A stretch of DNA of 64,000 nucleotides from an uncultured Gemmatimonadaceae bacterium (GTDB lineage: Bacteria > Gemmatimonadota > Gemmatimonadetes > Gemmatimonadales > Gemmatimonadaceae). Positions 11,028-21,361 of this stretch are shown piece after piece (position 1 is the stretch's first letter; each line of letters begins with the position of its first letter). A model generated the notes under the pieces. It had not been told where the DNA came from and made no database searches. It worked only from the letters and a program-made list of their open reading frames with translations. The translations under genes were made by a program, and so were the position numbers. The stretch covers positions 960,001 through 1,024,000 of the forward strand of contig CAVXGK010000002.1 in NCBI GenBank assembly GCA_963761305.1. Direction: 5' to 3'.

Positions 11028-11447
11028 GTGTCTGCCTCGCCCACGTGCCATGTGCTCGTCGCCGATGACGAACCCCACATTGGCCGCATCATCAAGATGA
11101 AGCTCGAACAGGGGCCGTTTCGCGTCTCGCTCGCCTACGACGGACGCGAAGCGCTCGAAACGCTCGAGCGCGAGCCCGACATCGGTCTCGTGCTGCTGGA
11201 TCTCATGATGCCGCATCTGAGCGGGCTGGACGTGCTCGCCGCGATGCGCCGCGACCGGCGCTGGCAGAAGATCCCCTGCATCATCCTCACCGCCGCCGGT
11301 CAGGAACAGCAGCACACCAGCGCGATGGCGCTGGGCGCGAACGACTTTCTGACCAAGCCGTTCAGCCCCAAGAAGCTGTACGCCCGGGCGGCGCAGCTGG
11401 TCGGATTCGCCGTCGACGACTCGAGCGTCGACGCCCCGCCCGGATGA
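11028..11447 (+). CDS. Single-domain response regulator (receiver)
   Basis: VADDE, LLDLMMP, ILTA, FLTKPFSP. Confidence 0.92.
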   Translation: MSASPTCHVLVADDEPHIGRIIKMKLEQGPFRVSLAYDGREALETLEREPDIGLVLLDLMMPHLSGLDVLAAMRRDRRWQKIPCIILTAAGQEQQHTSAMALGANDFLTKPFSPKKLYARAAQLVGFAVDDSSVDAPPG

Positions 11448-12496
11448 GCCGCTGGGCCGTCGTTCTCGCCGGCGGGGTCGGGTCGCGATTCTGGCCGCTG
11501 TCCACGCCGTCGCGCCCCAAACAGTTGTTGTCATTGGTCACCTCGCAGCCGCTGCTCGCCGACGCAGTGGCGCGGCTTCGTCCCATCGTGTCGTCCGACA
11601 GAACCCTGATACTCACCAATGACACGTTGGTGCCAAGCATCGCCGCATTGCTCCCGGACATCCCTCGGGAGAACCTGGTCGCGGAGCCGCGCCCAGCGGG
11701 AACGGCGGCGGCGCTGACCTGGGCGGCCCAGGAGATCGCTCGCCGCGACGGACCGCAGGCGGTGATGATGTCCGTGCACGCCGACTGGGCGGTAAGCGAC
11801 CCGGCGGGGTTTCAACGCGCGCTCACAGCGGGCGCTGAGATGGCGGAGCGGCACCACGCACTGGTGACGGTCGGCGTCGTCCCCACCCGTCCGGACCCGG
11901 GGTTCGGCTACATCCACCCTGGTGAGCCGATCGACGCGGGCAGCGGAGCGCGGCGCGTAGCGCGGTTCGTCGAGAAACCGGACCGCACGCGCGCCGACCA
12001 GATGTGCCGCGACGGCTATCTGTGGAACTCGGGCATCTTCGTCTGGCGCGTCGGCGACTTTCTGGACGACGTCCGGCGTCTTACGCCCGAGGTGGCGCGC
12101 GCGCTCCACGCGCACTCCGATGACGTCCGCGGGTTCTTCGGCGCCGTCACGCCGGTCTCGGTGGACGTGGGCGTGCTCGAACGGAGCAACCGCGTCGTTG
12201 TGCTCACCGGCGACTTCGGTTGGGACGACGTCGGCACGTGGGGCGCCCTGCGCCGCGTCCGGCCGCACGACGCGCAGGGCAACACGACCCACGGCCGCGC
12301 CTACGCGATCGACGCACGCGACAATGTCGTCCACGCCCCCGGAAATACCGTGGTGATGTACGGAGTCTCCAACCTCGTCGTGGTGGTCGAGGGCGACATG
12401 GTGCTCGTCACGACAGTGGACCGGTCAGCCGATTTGAAAACGCTCATGGACGCCCTGCCCCGCGGCGTCCGCGACGGGGGAGGCGAGCGCGCATGA
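11444..12496 (+). CDS. manC: Mannose-1-phosphate guanylyltransferase
   Basis: LAGGVGSRFWPLS..PKQLL, FVEKP, WNSGIF, GWDDVGTW. Confidence 0.9.
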   Translation: MSRWAVVLAGGVGSRFWPLSTPSRPKQLLSLVTSQPLLADAVARLRPIVSSDRTLILTNDTLVPSIAALLPDIPRENLVAEPRPAGTAAALTWAAQEIARRDGPQAVMMSVHADWAVSDPAGFQRALTAGAEMAERHHALVTVGVVPTRPDPGFGYIHPGEPIDAGSGARRVARFVEKPDRTRADQMCRDGYLWNSGIFVWRVGDFLDDVRRLTPEVARALHAHSDDVRGFFGAVTPVSVDVGVLERSNRVVVLTGDFGWDDVGTWGALRRVRPHDAQGNTTHGRAYAIDARDNVVHAPGNTVVMYGVSNLVVVVEGDMVLVTTVDRSADLKTLMDALPRGVRDGGGERA

Positions 12497-13725
12497 GCGC
12501 CGTGTACCTCTACGACGACGCGGTGGCGCGGAACTTCGAGCCGTTCGCCACGACGCGCCCCGTGTCGGAGCTCGTGGCCGGCATCGCGCTCATCCGCGAG
12601 CGCTGGCGCCAGGCGATGCAGCCGAGCGACGGCGTGTTCTTCATGGCCGGCGAGCGCCACGCGGACTTCGACGAACCCGGCGCGACCGCCGCGAGCGGCG
12701 TCATCCCCGCCGGGTCGATCGTCGTCAACAGCCGGTGCGTGCCCCAACTGCCGGCGGATCCACAGTCCGTGGCGCGTCGCGTCGCGCCGTGCACGATGTG
12801 GCGGTGCGGCAATCGCATGGCCGCGCTCCGACTTCGCGAGCCGATGGACGTCCTCGAATTCGCCAACGGCTCGTTCTCGCTCGACGAGATCGCCGCCGGC
12901 ACCGGCGCGATCGCCGAGGTGCACGGCTGGTGGCTGGACGAGGTGTGGGATCTCATCCGGCTGATGAACGAGCAGGTGACGCACGACATTCCGATCGCGA
13001 CGCGCGGCATGTCGGGCTCTCTGCCGCGAGAGGCGACCATTTTCGGCGACCAACCGGTCTTCGTCGCGCAGGACGCCGTGGTCGAACCGCACGTGGTCCT
13101 CGACGCGTCGGCCGGGCCGATCATGATCTCGGAGGGGTCGCACGTGCGCGCGTTCACGCGGATCAGCGGACCGTGCTACATCGGCCGGCACGTGACGGTG
13201 ATGGGCGGCGACGTGACGGGCTGCTCGATTGGCGACTGGTCGAAGGTGCGCGGCGAGTTGAGCACGAGCGTCGTCGTCGGCCACTCCAACAAGGGACACG
13301 ACGGGTTCGTCGGCCACTCGTATCTCGGCCGCTGGGTGAACATCGGCGCCGGGACGATCACGAGCAATTTGAAGAACACATACGGTCCGGTGGCGATGTG
13401 GACGCCCGACGGCGTGCGCGACACCGGCATGCAGTTCCTCGGCACGATGTTCGGCGATCACGTGAAGACCGGCATCGGGCTTCGTCTGACGACGGGCACG
13501 GTGGTCGGCGCGGGATCGAATCTCTACGGCGCGATGCCGCCCAAGGTGGTGGCGCCGTTCTCGTGGGGCGACGGTTGGCCGTATCAGGTACACCACGCCG
13601 ACAAGTTCATCGAGGGCGCCGTGCGCATGATGTCGCGCCGATCCGTTACGTTGAGTGACCGGGCGCGGCGGCATCTCGCCGCGACGCACGCCAGCCGGTG
13701 GGTCCTCGAGGAGCGCGACGCGTGA
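12493..13725 (+). CDS. Putative sugar nucleotidyltransferase with GlmU-like hexapeptide-repeat domain
   Basis: FEPFATTRP N-terminus; NKGHDGFVGHSYLGRWVNIGAGTITSNLKN left-handed beta-helix motif. Confidence 0.8.
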   Translation: MSAVYLYDDAVARNFEPFATTRPVSELVAGIALIRERWRQAMQPSDGVFFMAGERHADFDEPGATAASGVIPAGSIVVNSRCVPQLPADPQSVARRVAPCTMWRCGNRMAALRLREPMDVLEFANGSFSLDEIAAGTGAIAEVHGWWLDEVWDLIRLMNEQVTHDIPIATRGMSGSLPREATIFGDQPVFVAQDAVVEPHVVLDASAGPIMISEGSHVRAFTRISGPCYIGRHVTVMGGDVTGCSIGDWSKVRGELSTSVVVGHSNKGHDGFVGHSYLGRWVNIGAGTITSNLKNTYGPVAMWTPDGVRDTGMQFLGTMFGDHVKTGIGLRLTTGTVVGAGSNLYGAMPPKVVAPFSWGDGWPYQVHHADKFIEGAVRMMSRRSVTLSDRARRHLAATHASRWVLEERDA

Positions 13726-13735
13726 CGCGCGATCT

Positions 13736-14545
13736 ATGAAGCTCTGGATGCTGGGCAGCGGCAGCCGAGGAAACGCGATTCTCGTCGAGTGCGACGGGTC
13801 GCGCATCCTGATCGACTGCGGCTACGGCACGCGGACGCTGGCCGGCCGTCTCAAGACGATCGGCATGAAGGCGGATTCGATCGACGCGTGTGTGATCACG
13901 CACGAGCACTCCGACCACGTGCACGGCGCCAAGTCGGCGATGAAGCGGTGGGGGTGGGAGCTGTACGCGACGCCGGCGACCGCGCGCGCCGCGAAACTGG
14001 CCGGCGCGCACGTGAACCGGTTCGCCGCCGGCACGACGATCGATTTTCCGACGATGACGGTGAGCACGACGCCGACGCCGCACGACGCGCACGAATCGGT
14101 GGGCTTCGTCGTGACGAGCAAGTCCACGGGCGCGCGCGCCGGACTGTTTTACGACCTTGGCCACGTGAGCCGCGCGATCGCGCGGGCGTGCACGTCGCTC
14201 GACATCCTGGTCCTCGAGTCGAACCACGACGCCGACATGCTGCGCGCCGGGCCGTATCCGCCGTGGCTGCAAGCCCGCATCGCGTCGCGCGTCGGGCACC
14301 TGAGCAATCACGACGCGGCTGTGTTCGCGCGCGACGCGGTGACGCGCCAGACGAATCATCTGGTGCTGGCGCACCTGAGCGAGACATGCAACACGCCGCG
14401 CGTCGCGCTCACCAACATGCGTGCCGCGCTCGCCAAGTCGCGCTTCAAAGGAACGCTCACGGCGGCGAAGCAGGACGACGTCGTCGGTCCGTTCGTCCCC
14501 GGCGCGGCGCGCGCCGAGAAGCCGGTGCAATACGCGTTGTTCTAG
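13736..14545 (+). CDS. MBL-fold metallo-hydrolase (YycJ/WalJ-like)
   Basis: LGSGSRGN, THEHSDH, PHDA, ESNHD, GHLSN, LAHLS. Confidence 0.88.
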   Translation: MKLWMLGSGSRGNAILVECDGSRILIDCGYGTRTLAGRLKTIGMKADSIDACVITHEHSDHVHGAKSAMKRWGWELYATPATARAAKLAGAHVNRFAAGTTIDFPTMTVSTTPTPHDAHESVGFVVTSKSTGARAGLFYDLGHVSRAIARACTSLDILVLESNHDADMLRAGPYPPWLQARIASRVGHLSNHDAAVFARDAVTRQTNHLVLAHLSETCNTPRVALTNMRAALAKSRFKGTLTAAKQDDVVGPFVPGAARAEKPVQYALF

Positions 14546-14547
14546 GT

Positions 14548-14583
14548 CTCCGCACTCCGTCTCCGTACTCCGTACCCGCACTC
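14548..14583. repeat. Short degenerate 6-7 bp tandem repeat (CTCCGYA)
   Basis: ctccgca ctccgt ctccgta ctccgta cccgca ctc. Confidence 0.55.
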
Positions 14584-14590
14584 GAAAGCA

Positions 14591-14619
14591 AAACGGGCCG
14601 CCCAAAGGGCGGCCCGTTT
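14591..14619. terminator. Bidirectional intrinsic terminator
   Basis: AAACGGGCCGCCC-AAA-GGGCGGCCCGTTT between convergent genes. Confidence 0.85.
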
Positions 14620-14637
14620 CACTTCGGTGTGCCTTGC

Positions 14638-16329
<1,692 letters not shown>

Positions 16330-16363
16330 TCACCGCCGATCTGCTTGCGTCAGGACGCGAATC

Positions 16364-16666
16364 TCAGGACAGCACCGCGAGCACATCGGACTCGCGGAGG
16401 ATCAAATACTGCTCGTTGTCGATGGTGACCTCGGTGCCGCTGTATTTCCCGTACAGGACCTTGTCGCCGACCTTGACGTCCATCGGGACGCGCTTGTCCT
16501 TCTCGAACCGGCCGGGGCCCACGGCGATGATCTCGCCCTGCTGCGGCTTTTCCTTTGCCGTGTCCGGGATATACAGACCGCCCCGCATCTGCTCGGTCTC
16601 CTCGAGCGCGCGAATGACGACGCGGTCGGCCAACGGGTTGACCTTGATGCTGGTCTTGGTGGCCAT
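16364..16666 (-). CDS. groS: Co-chaperonin GroES
   Basis: [36 protein letters not shown]. Confidence 0.98.
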   Translation of the reverse strand: MATKTSIKVNPLADRVVIRALEETEQMRGGLYIPDTAKEKPQQGEIIAVGPGRFEKDKRVPMDVKVGDKVLYGKYSGTEVTIDNEQYLILRESDVLAVLS

Positions 16667-16720
16667 ACTGGGTGCTCCTCCTTGCTCTGGCTGCGATGAC
16701 GTGAAAGCGAAATGGGACTC

Positions 16721-16747
16721 TTAGCACTCACTTCACGCGAGTGCTAA
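16721..16747. promoter_or_regulatory. CIRCE element (HrcA operator)
   Basis: Exact TTAGCACTC-N9-GAGTGCTAA upstream of groES. Confidence 0.97.
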
Positions 16748-16756
16748 CAGCACTCA

Positions 16757-16785
16757 AGTTTACGGACGTCCGGGCGCCGAGTCAA
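16757..16785 (-). promoter_or_regulatory. Sigma70-type promoter of groESL
   Basis: TTGACT-N17-TAAACT on the minus strand just upstream of CIRCE. Confidence 0.75.
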
Positions 16786-16836
16786 GCGCGGCTGTAACGC
16801 CGCTGCAACAGCCGCAAATCTTTCCCGTAAAACGAT

Positions 16837-17628
16837 TTATAGGCGTCGGTCGCGCGCCGACAGCAGGCTGTACGCGATGGCCAGCCCCTGCAACGTAAGG
16901 TGCGGCTCCACCCGCTCGAACGACTTGCACAGGACCGCCATCGTCGTGGCCATCCCGCCGGTGGCGATGACCGTCGGCGCCGTGGCGCGCGGCCATTCGG
17001 CCCTGATGCGCGCCACGATTCCGTCGATGGCGTCGGCGGCCCCGAACATCACGCCGGCGCGAATGCACTCCTCCGTGCGACGCCCGATGACGCGCGCCGG
17101 AATCGTCAGCTCCGTCGCCGGCAGCTTCGATGTGCGGCGCGTGAGCGTCTCCGACGACGTCACGACACCCGGCGCGATCACGCCGCCGAGGAACACGCCG
17201 TCGGACGTGATGCAGTCGAACGTCGTCGCGGTCCCCAGATCCACCACGATCGCGTCGCGGCCATACAGACGGCTCGCCGCCAGTGTGTTGATCAAGCGAT
17301 CGGCGCCCACGGTCATCGGTTCGTCGACGTCGAGTTTGATCGGCAATCGTGACGACGCGTCGACAATGAGGGGCGCGCCGACCGGGAAGTACGCTTGACA
17401 TCCATCGCTCAACGGGCCCGTCACGCGCGGCACGACGGAGCCGATCGCCACTCCGTCGACCGCGTCGGGGAGAAACTCGCTCGCCGCGAGCAGCGAGCGA
17501 AGGAGCACGCCGAATTCGTCGGGCGTGCGCGCGACGTCGGTCATGACGCGCCAGTGCCCGCGAAGCTCCGTTTCCTGGAACAGCCCGATGGTCAGTTCCG
17601 TGTTGCCGACGTCGAAGACGAGAATCAC
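16837..17628 (-). CDS. coaX: Type III pantothenate kinase
   Basis: FDVGNT, GADR, VDLGTATTFD, GGVIAPG, IATGG; GTG start overlaps the birA stop. Confidence 0.93.
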   Translation of the reverse strand: MILVFDVGNTELTIGLFQETELRGHWRVMTDVARTPDEFGVLLRSLLAASEFLPDAVDGVAIGSVVPRVTGPLSDGCQAYFPVGAPLIVDASSRLPIKLDVDEPMTVGADRLINTLAASRLYGRDAIVVDLGTATTFDCITSDGVFLGGVIAPGVVTSSETLTRRTSKLPATELTIPARVIGRRTEECIRAGVMFGAADAIDGIVARIRAEWPRATAPTVIATGGMATTMAVLCKSFERVEPHLTLQGLAIAYSLLSARDRRL

Positions 17629-18398
17629 GTCGCCTCCTCCCCGCCCTGAAGCACGAGAGATCCGGCGCGCACCGCCGCGATGCGCGACCCGGTGTTGATG
17701 AGCAGCGCTCCGGTCGAGTCGATGCCGGCCACCCGGCCAGCGACCGGCTCGACACACCCCCGCCCGACCGCAAAATCACGCGTCGCGAACTCGGCTAGCT
17801 CCGCCTCGGTCAGATGACCCGCGGTCGTCGTCGCCGCGTGCAGCAACGGCACCACGGCGCGCAGCACATCCAAACGCTTGGTGCCCCGCGCGAGACCGAT
17901 GGCGCGCTCCTCGCGCGCCGGCTCGCGGCAATTGATGCCGACGCCGACGGCGATCCACTCCACCGCGCCGTCACGCCAGCGCGCTTCGGCGAGCACGCCG
18001 GCGAGTTTGCGACCCGCCGAGTAGACGTCGTTGGGCCATTTGAGACGCACGGGCTCGACGGCGAAGCGATCGAGCGCCCGCGCGAGCGCCAGTCCGACGC
18101 GCAGCGACAGAACGTCCGCCGACGCCGGGTCCGTCGGTCGTTCGATCATCGTGAGCCACACGCCCGCGCCGGGCTCCGAGGTCCACGTTCGCCCTTGCCG
18201 TCCGCGCCCGCTCTTCTGCTCGTCCGCGAGCACGAGCGTCCCGGCGGGCGCACCGTCCGACGCCAATCCGTGCGCCACGTCCTGCGTCGACGACACCGTC
18301 GCCAGCAGTTCTATGCTCGGCACGCCGAGCAGCGCCCCCAGTTCGCGGGCCGTCGCTCCGTCGTACCGCACGACCCCGCCATCGTCGGCGTTCGTCAT
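17625..18398 (-). CDS. birA: Biotin--acetyl-CoA-carboxylase ligase
   Basis: SSTQD, QKSGRGRQGRTW, LKWPND, RKLAGVL; start uncertain. Confidence 0.92.
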   Translation of the reverse strand: MTNADDGGVVRYDGATARELGALLGVPSIELLATVSSTQDVAHGLASDGAPAGTLVLADEQKSGRGRQGRTWTSEPGAGVWLTMIERPTDPASADVLSLRVGLALARALDRFAVEPVRLKWPNDVYSAGRKLAGVLAEARWRDGAVEWIAVGVGINCREPAREERAIGLARGTKRLDVLRAVVPLLHAATTTAGHLTEAELAEFATRDFAVGRGCVEPVAGRVAGIDSTGALLINTGSRIAAVRAGSLVLQGGEEAT

Positions 18399-18420
18399 GT
18401 GTGTGTGTTGTGGGATTCGG

Positions 18421-19206
18421 TCAGCGAGTGAAGGCAATGATCAGCACGATCAATCCGACGATGATGCGATAGGCCGCGAACACGCCGTAGCTCCGGCGAG
18501 TCACGAACCGGAGGAGCACGGTGATGGCCAGCCAACCGCTGATGGCCGAGGCGATCACCCCGGCGACGAGTGGGGCGGTCAGGCCTTCCGTCTTGAGCAC
18601 GTGCGGCAGCTTGAGCAGCGCGGCCGCGGCGATGATCGGCATACTCATCAGGAAGCTGAACACGGCGGCGTCTTCGCGCGTGAAGCGGAGCGCGCGTCCC
18701 GCCGTGATCGTCGATCCGGAGCGCGAGACGCCCGGAATGATCGCGAACATCTGGGCCAGACCGACCAGCAGCGCGTCGCGCGCGCGCATCGACGGCAGTT
18801 GACGATCCGAGGCAGCCGATTTGTCGACCCACCAGAGCACGACCCCCATCACCACGAGCACCGCGGCGATCAGGCGCGGATCGCGAAAGGTCGTGTCGGC
18901 CTGTTTCTCCAGCGCGAGCCCGGCGATCGCGCCGGGAATGGTCGCGATGATGAGATAGCCGACGCGCCGTCGCTCCTCCGGGGTTCCCTGCCCGACCGCC
19001 GCGCGCGCGAGCGCGATCCACTGGGCGCGGAAGTACCAGAGGACGGCGATGAGCGTGCCGACGTGGAGCGCCACGTCGAACGCCAGGCCGGGATCCTCCC
19101 AATGCAACAGCCACGGCACGAGCGCCAGGTGCGCCGAGCTGCTCACCGGCAGAAACTCGGAGAGGCCCTGCACGATCCCGAGGACGATCGCGTGCGTGAG
19201 GCTCAC
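18421..19206 (-). CDS. uppP: Undecaprenyl-diphosphate phosphatase (BacA)
   Basis: QGLSEFLPVSSSAH, PGVSRSGSTI. Confidence 0.95.
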   Translation of the reverse strand: MSLTHAIVLGIVQGLSEFLPVSSSAHLALVPWLLHWEDPGLAFDVALHVGTLIAVLWYFRAQWIALARAAVGQGTPEERRRVGYLIIATIPGAIAGLALEKQADTTFRDPRLIAAVLVVMGVVLWWVDKSAASDRQLPSMRARDALLVGLAQMFAIIPGVSRSGSTITAGRALRFTREDAAVFSFLMSMPIIAAAALLKLPHVLKTEGLTAPLVAGVIASAISGWLAITVLLRFVTRRSYGVFAAYRIIVGLIVLIIAFTR

Positions 19207-20393
19207 GCGGCGCCGTGTGGGACGTGGGCGGTGTGTCGCGCGGCGTTGCGTTCCGCGCGCGACGGCGATCCCAACGTGTACTCGTAGAACGCCTCGTACT
19301 CGCCGACGATCTCGTCGAGCGAAAAGCGCTCACGCGCATCGCGCGCGGCGAGATCGCTCATCGCGTGCCAGCGCGCGCGGTCGCGAAGCACGCCGACGGC
19401 CGCCGCCGACATCGCGTCGATGTCGCCCACTTCGCAGAGGAATCCCGTCTCGCCGTCGCGGATTACTTCGGGAAGTCCGCCGGTCTTCGTGCCGATGACG
19501 GGAACGCCCGACGCCAGCGCCTCGAGCGCGCTCAGGCCGAACGACTCGGTGCTCGACGGCAGGAGGAAAAGATCGGCCCCGGCCAGCAGCGGCGCGACCG
19601 CGTCGATCTTGCCGAGGAAGAAGACTTTGTCCTGGATGTCGAGCGCGCGCGCTTCGGCCTCGGCGTCGACGCGATCGGGACCGTCGCCGACCATCATGAG
19701 GACGGAGGGAATTTCCCGCTCCACCTGGGCGAAGATCTTGATCACGTCGGTCACGCGTTTCACGGCGCGAAAGTTCGACACGTGCATGAGCACGCGTTTG
19801 CCCGCATCCACCTGCTCGGTGAAGATCGACGGGTAGCGCGACCGGTCGTAGACCTCGGGGTCGACGAAGTTCGGGATGACCTCGATGCGGCACGCCGTGC
19901 AGCCGAAGGTCGTCAGCGTCTCCGTCTGGAGATAGCGGCTCACGGCCGTAAGGCCGTCCGACTTCTCGATTGAGAATTTCGTGATCGGCCGGAACGACGG
20001 ATCCTGCCCGACGATGGTGATGTCCGTGCCGTGGAGCGTCGTCACCACGCGGATGTCGCGCAGCGATTGCTTGAGCATTTCCTGCGCGATCCAGGCGCTG
20101 GTCGCGTGCGGAATCGCGTAGTGGCAATGCAGGAGATCGAGCCCGTGCGCCAGCGTGACCTCGTGCATGCGCACGGCGAGCGCCAGGTCGTACGGCGGAT
20201 ACTCGAACAACGGGTACCGCCCGACGTCCACTTCATGGAAGTAGATCCCCGGCGTGAACGCCGGGAGACGGAACGGCTGCTGGTACGTGATGAAATGGAC
20301 CTCGTGGCCACGGCGGGCCAGCGCGATGCCGAGCTCCGTGGCGAGCGCCCCCGAACCACCGTACGTCGGGTAGCAGGTGATGCCGACCTTCAC
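19203..20393 (-). CDS. bshA: N-acetyl-alpha-D-glucosaminyl L-malate synthase (bacillithiol biosynthesis)
   Basis: MKVGITCYPTYGGSG, HCHYAIPHA, TTLHGTDIT, SNFRAVKRV, ESFGL. Confidence 0.9.
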   Translation of the reverse strand: MKVGITCYPTYGGSGALATELGIALARRGHEVHFITYQQPFRLPAFTPGIYFHEVDVGRYPLFEYPPYDLALAVRMHEVTLAHGLDLLHCHYAIPHATSAWIAQEMLKQSLRDIRVVTTLHGTDITIVGQDPSFRPITKFSIEKSDGLTAVSRYLQTETLTTFGCTACRIEVIPNFVDPEVYDRSRYPSIFTEQVDAGKRVLMHVSNFRAVKRVTDVIKIFAQVEREIPSVLMMVGDGPDRVDAEAEARALDIQDKVFFLGKIDAVAPLLAGADLFLLPSSTESFGLSALEALASGVPVIGTKTGGLPEVIRDGETGFLCEVGDIDAMSAAAVGVLRDRARWHAMSDLAARDARERFSLDEIVGEYEAFYEYTLGSPSRAERNAARHTAHVPHGAA

Positions 20394-21361
20394 CGACTCC
20401 CTCGCGCCGAGGTCCGATCACCCGAGTGGACCATCCCGGTCGTCCACCGCTCGACGACTTCCTTCCAATCGCGCGCCAGCGGATCGACCGTCAGAACGCG
20501 GTCCGGCGGCAGCTGATGGCGGAACCACGTTCGCTGGCGCTTGGCGTACTGGCGCGTGTCGATGCGAATCGCCTCGCGCGCCTGGTCGCGCGTGAACTCT
20601 CCGAGCACCATGCGTCGCACGGCCTCGTACCCCGTCGCCTTCCACGCCGGCGCGTCCGGTGGAACCGAATGCATGAGTCGCTCGACCTCGTTCGGCCATC
20701 CAGCATTGAGCATCGCGTCGAGCCGCGCGCCGATTCGTTCCGCCAGCGCGGGACCCGGATCCACCACAAGATAGTGCGGGCGCCAACGTGGGCTCGCCGC
20801 GGTTCGGTGGGCGGCGTGGAGGTGACTCATCCGACGCCCGGTCAGGAGCGCGATCTCCGTCGCCCGCAACAGCTGCGCGCGCCCGAGGTGCGCGCGCGCC
20901 GGATCGAGCCGCTCGACCCATCGGCGCAGTTCGGCCGTGGCGAGCGCGGCGAGCTGCGGTTCGAGCCGCCGCCGTTGCTCGGGATCGATCGGCGGCTCGG
21001 TGAACAGACCTTCGAACAGCGCCCGCAGGTACAGCCCCGTGCCACCGACGACCAGCGGCGCGCGACCCTGCGCGAGCGAATCCGCGATCCACGCTTCCGC
21101 GCCCTGTGCCCACGCAGCCGACGAATAGCGCACCGTCGGCTCCACGACGTCGATGCCCGCGTGCGGCACGCGGTCGCGTTCCTCCGGCGTTGGCTTCGCC
21201 GTGCCGATGTCGAAGGCGCGATAGACCTGCCGCGAGTCCGCGCTGACGATCGTGACCGGCGAGCGCTCGGCGAGCCACATCGCGATCGCGCTCTTGCCGC
21301 TCGCCGTCGGCCCGCAGATCACTCCGACGTCAGTGGCGGCCGAATCGTCGGTCGATCTCAT
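20390..21361 (-). CDS. miaA: tRNA dimethylallyltransferase
   Basis: GPTASGKS, SADSRQVY..DIGTAKP, VGGTGLY, TRQYAKRQRTWF. Confidence 0.95.
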   Translation of the reverse strand: MRSTDDSAATDVGVICGPTASGKSAIAMWLAERSPVTIVSADSRQVYRAFDIGTAKPTPEERDRVPHAGIDVVEPTVRYSSAAWAQGAEAWIADSLAQGRAPLVVGGTGLYLRALFEGLFTEPPIDPEQRRRLEPQLAALATAELRRWVERLDPARAHLGRAQLLRATEIALLTGRRMSHLHAAHRTAASPRWRPHYLVVDPGPALAERIGARLDAMLNAGWPNEVERLMHSVPPDAPAWKATGYEAVRRMVLGEFTRDQAREAIRIDTRQYAKRQRTWFRHQLPPDRVLTVDPLARDWKEVVERWTTGMVHSGDRTSARGSR

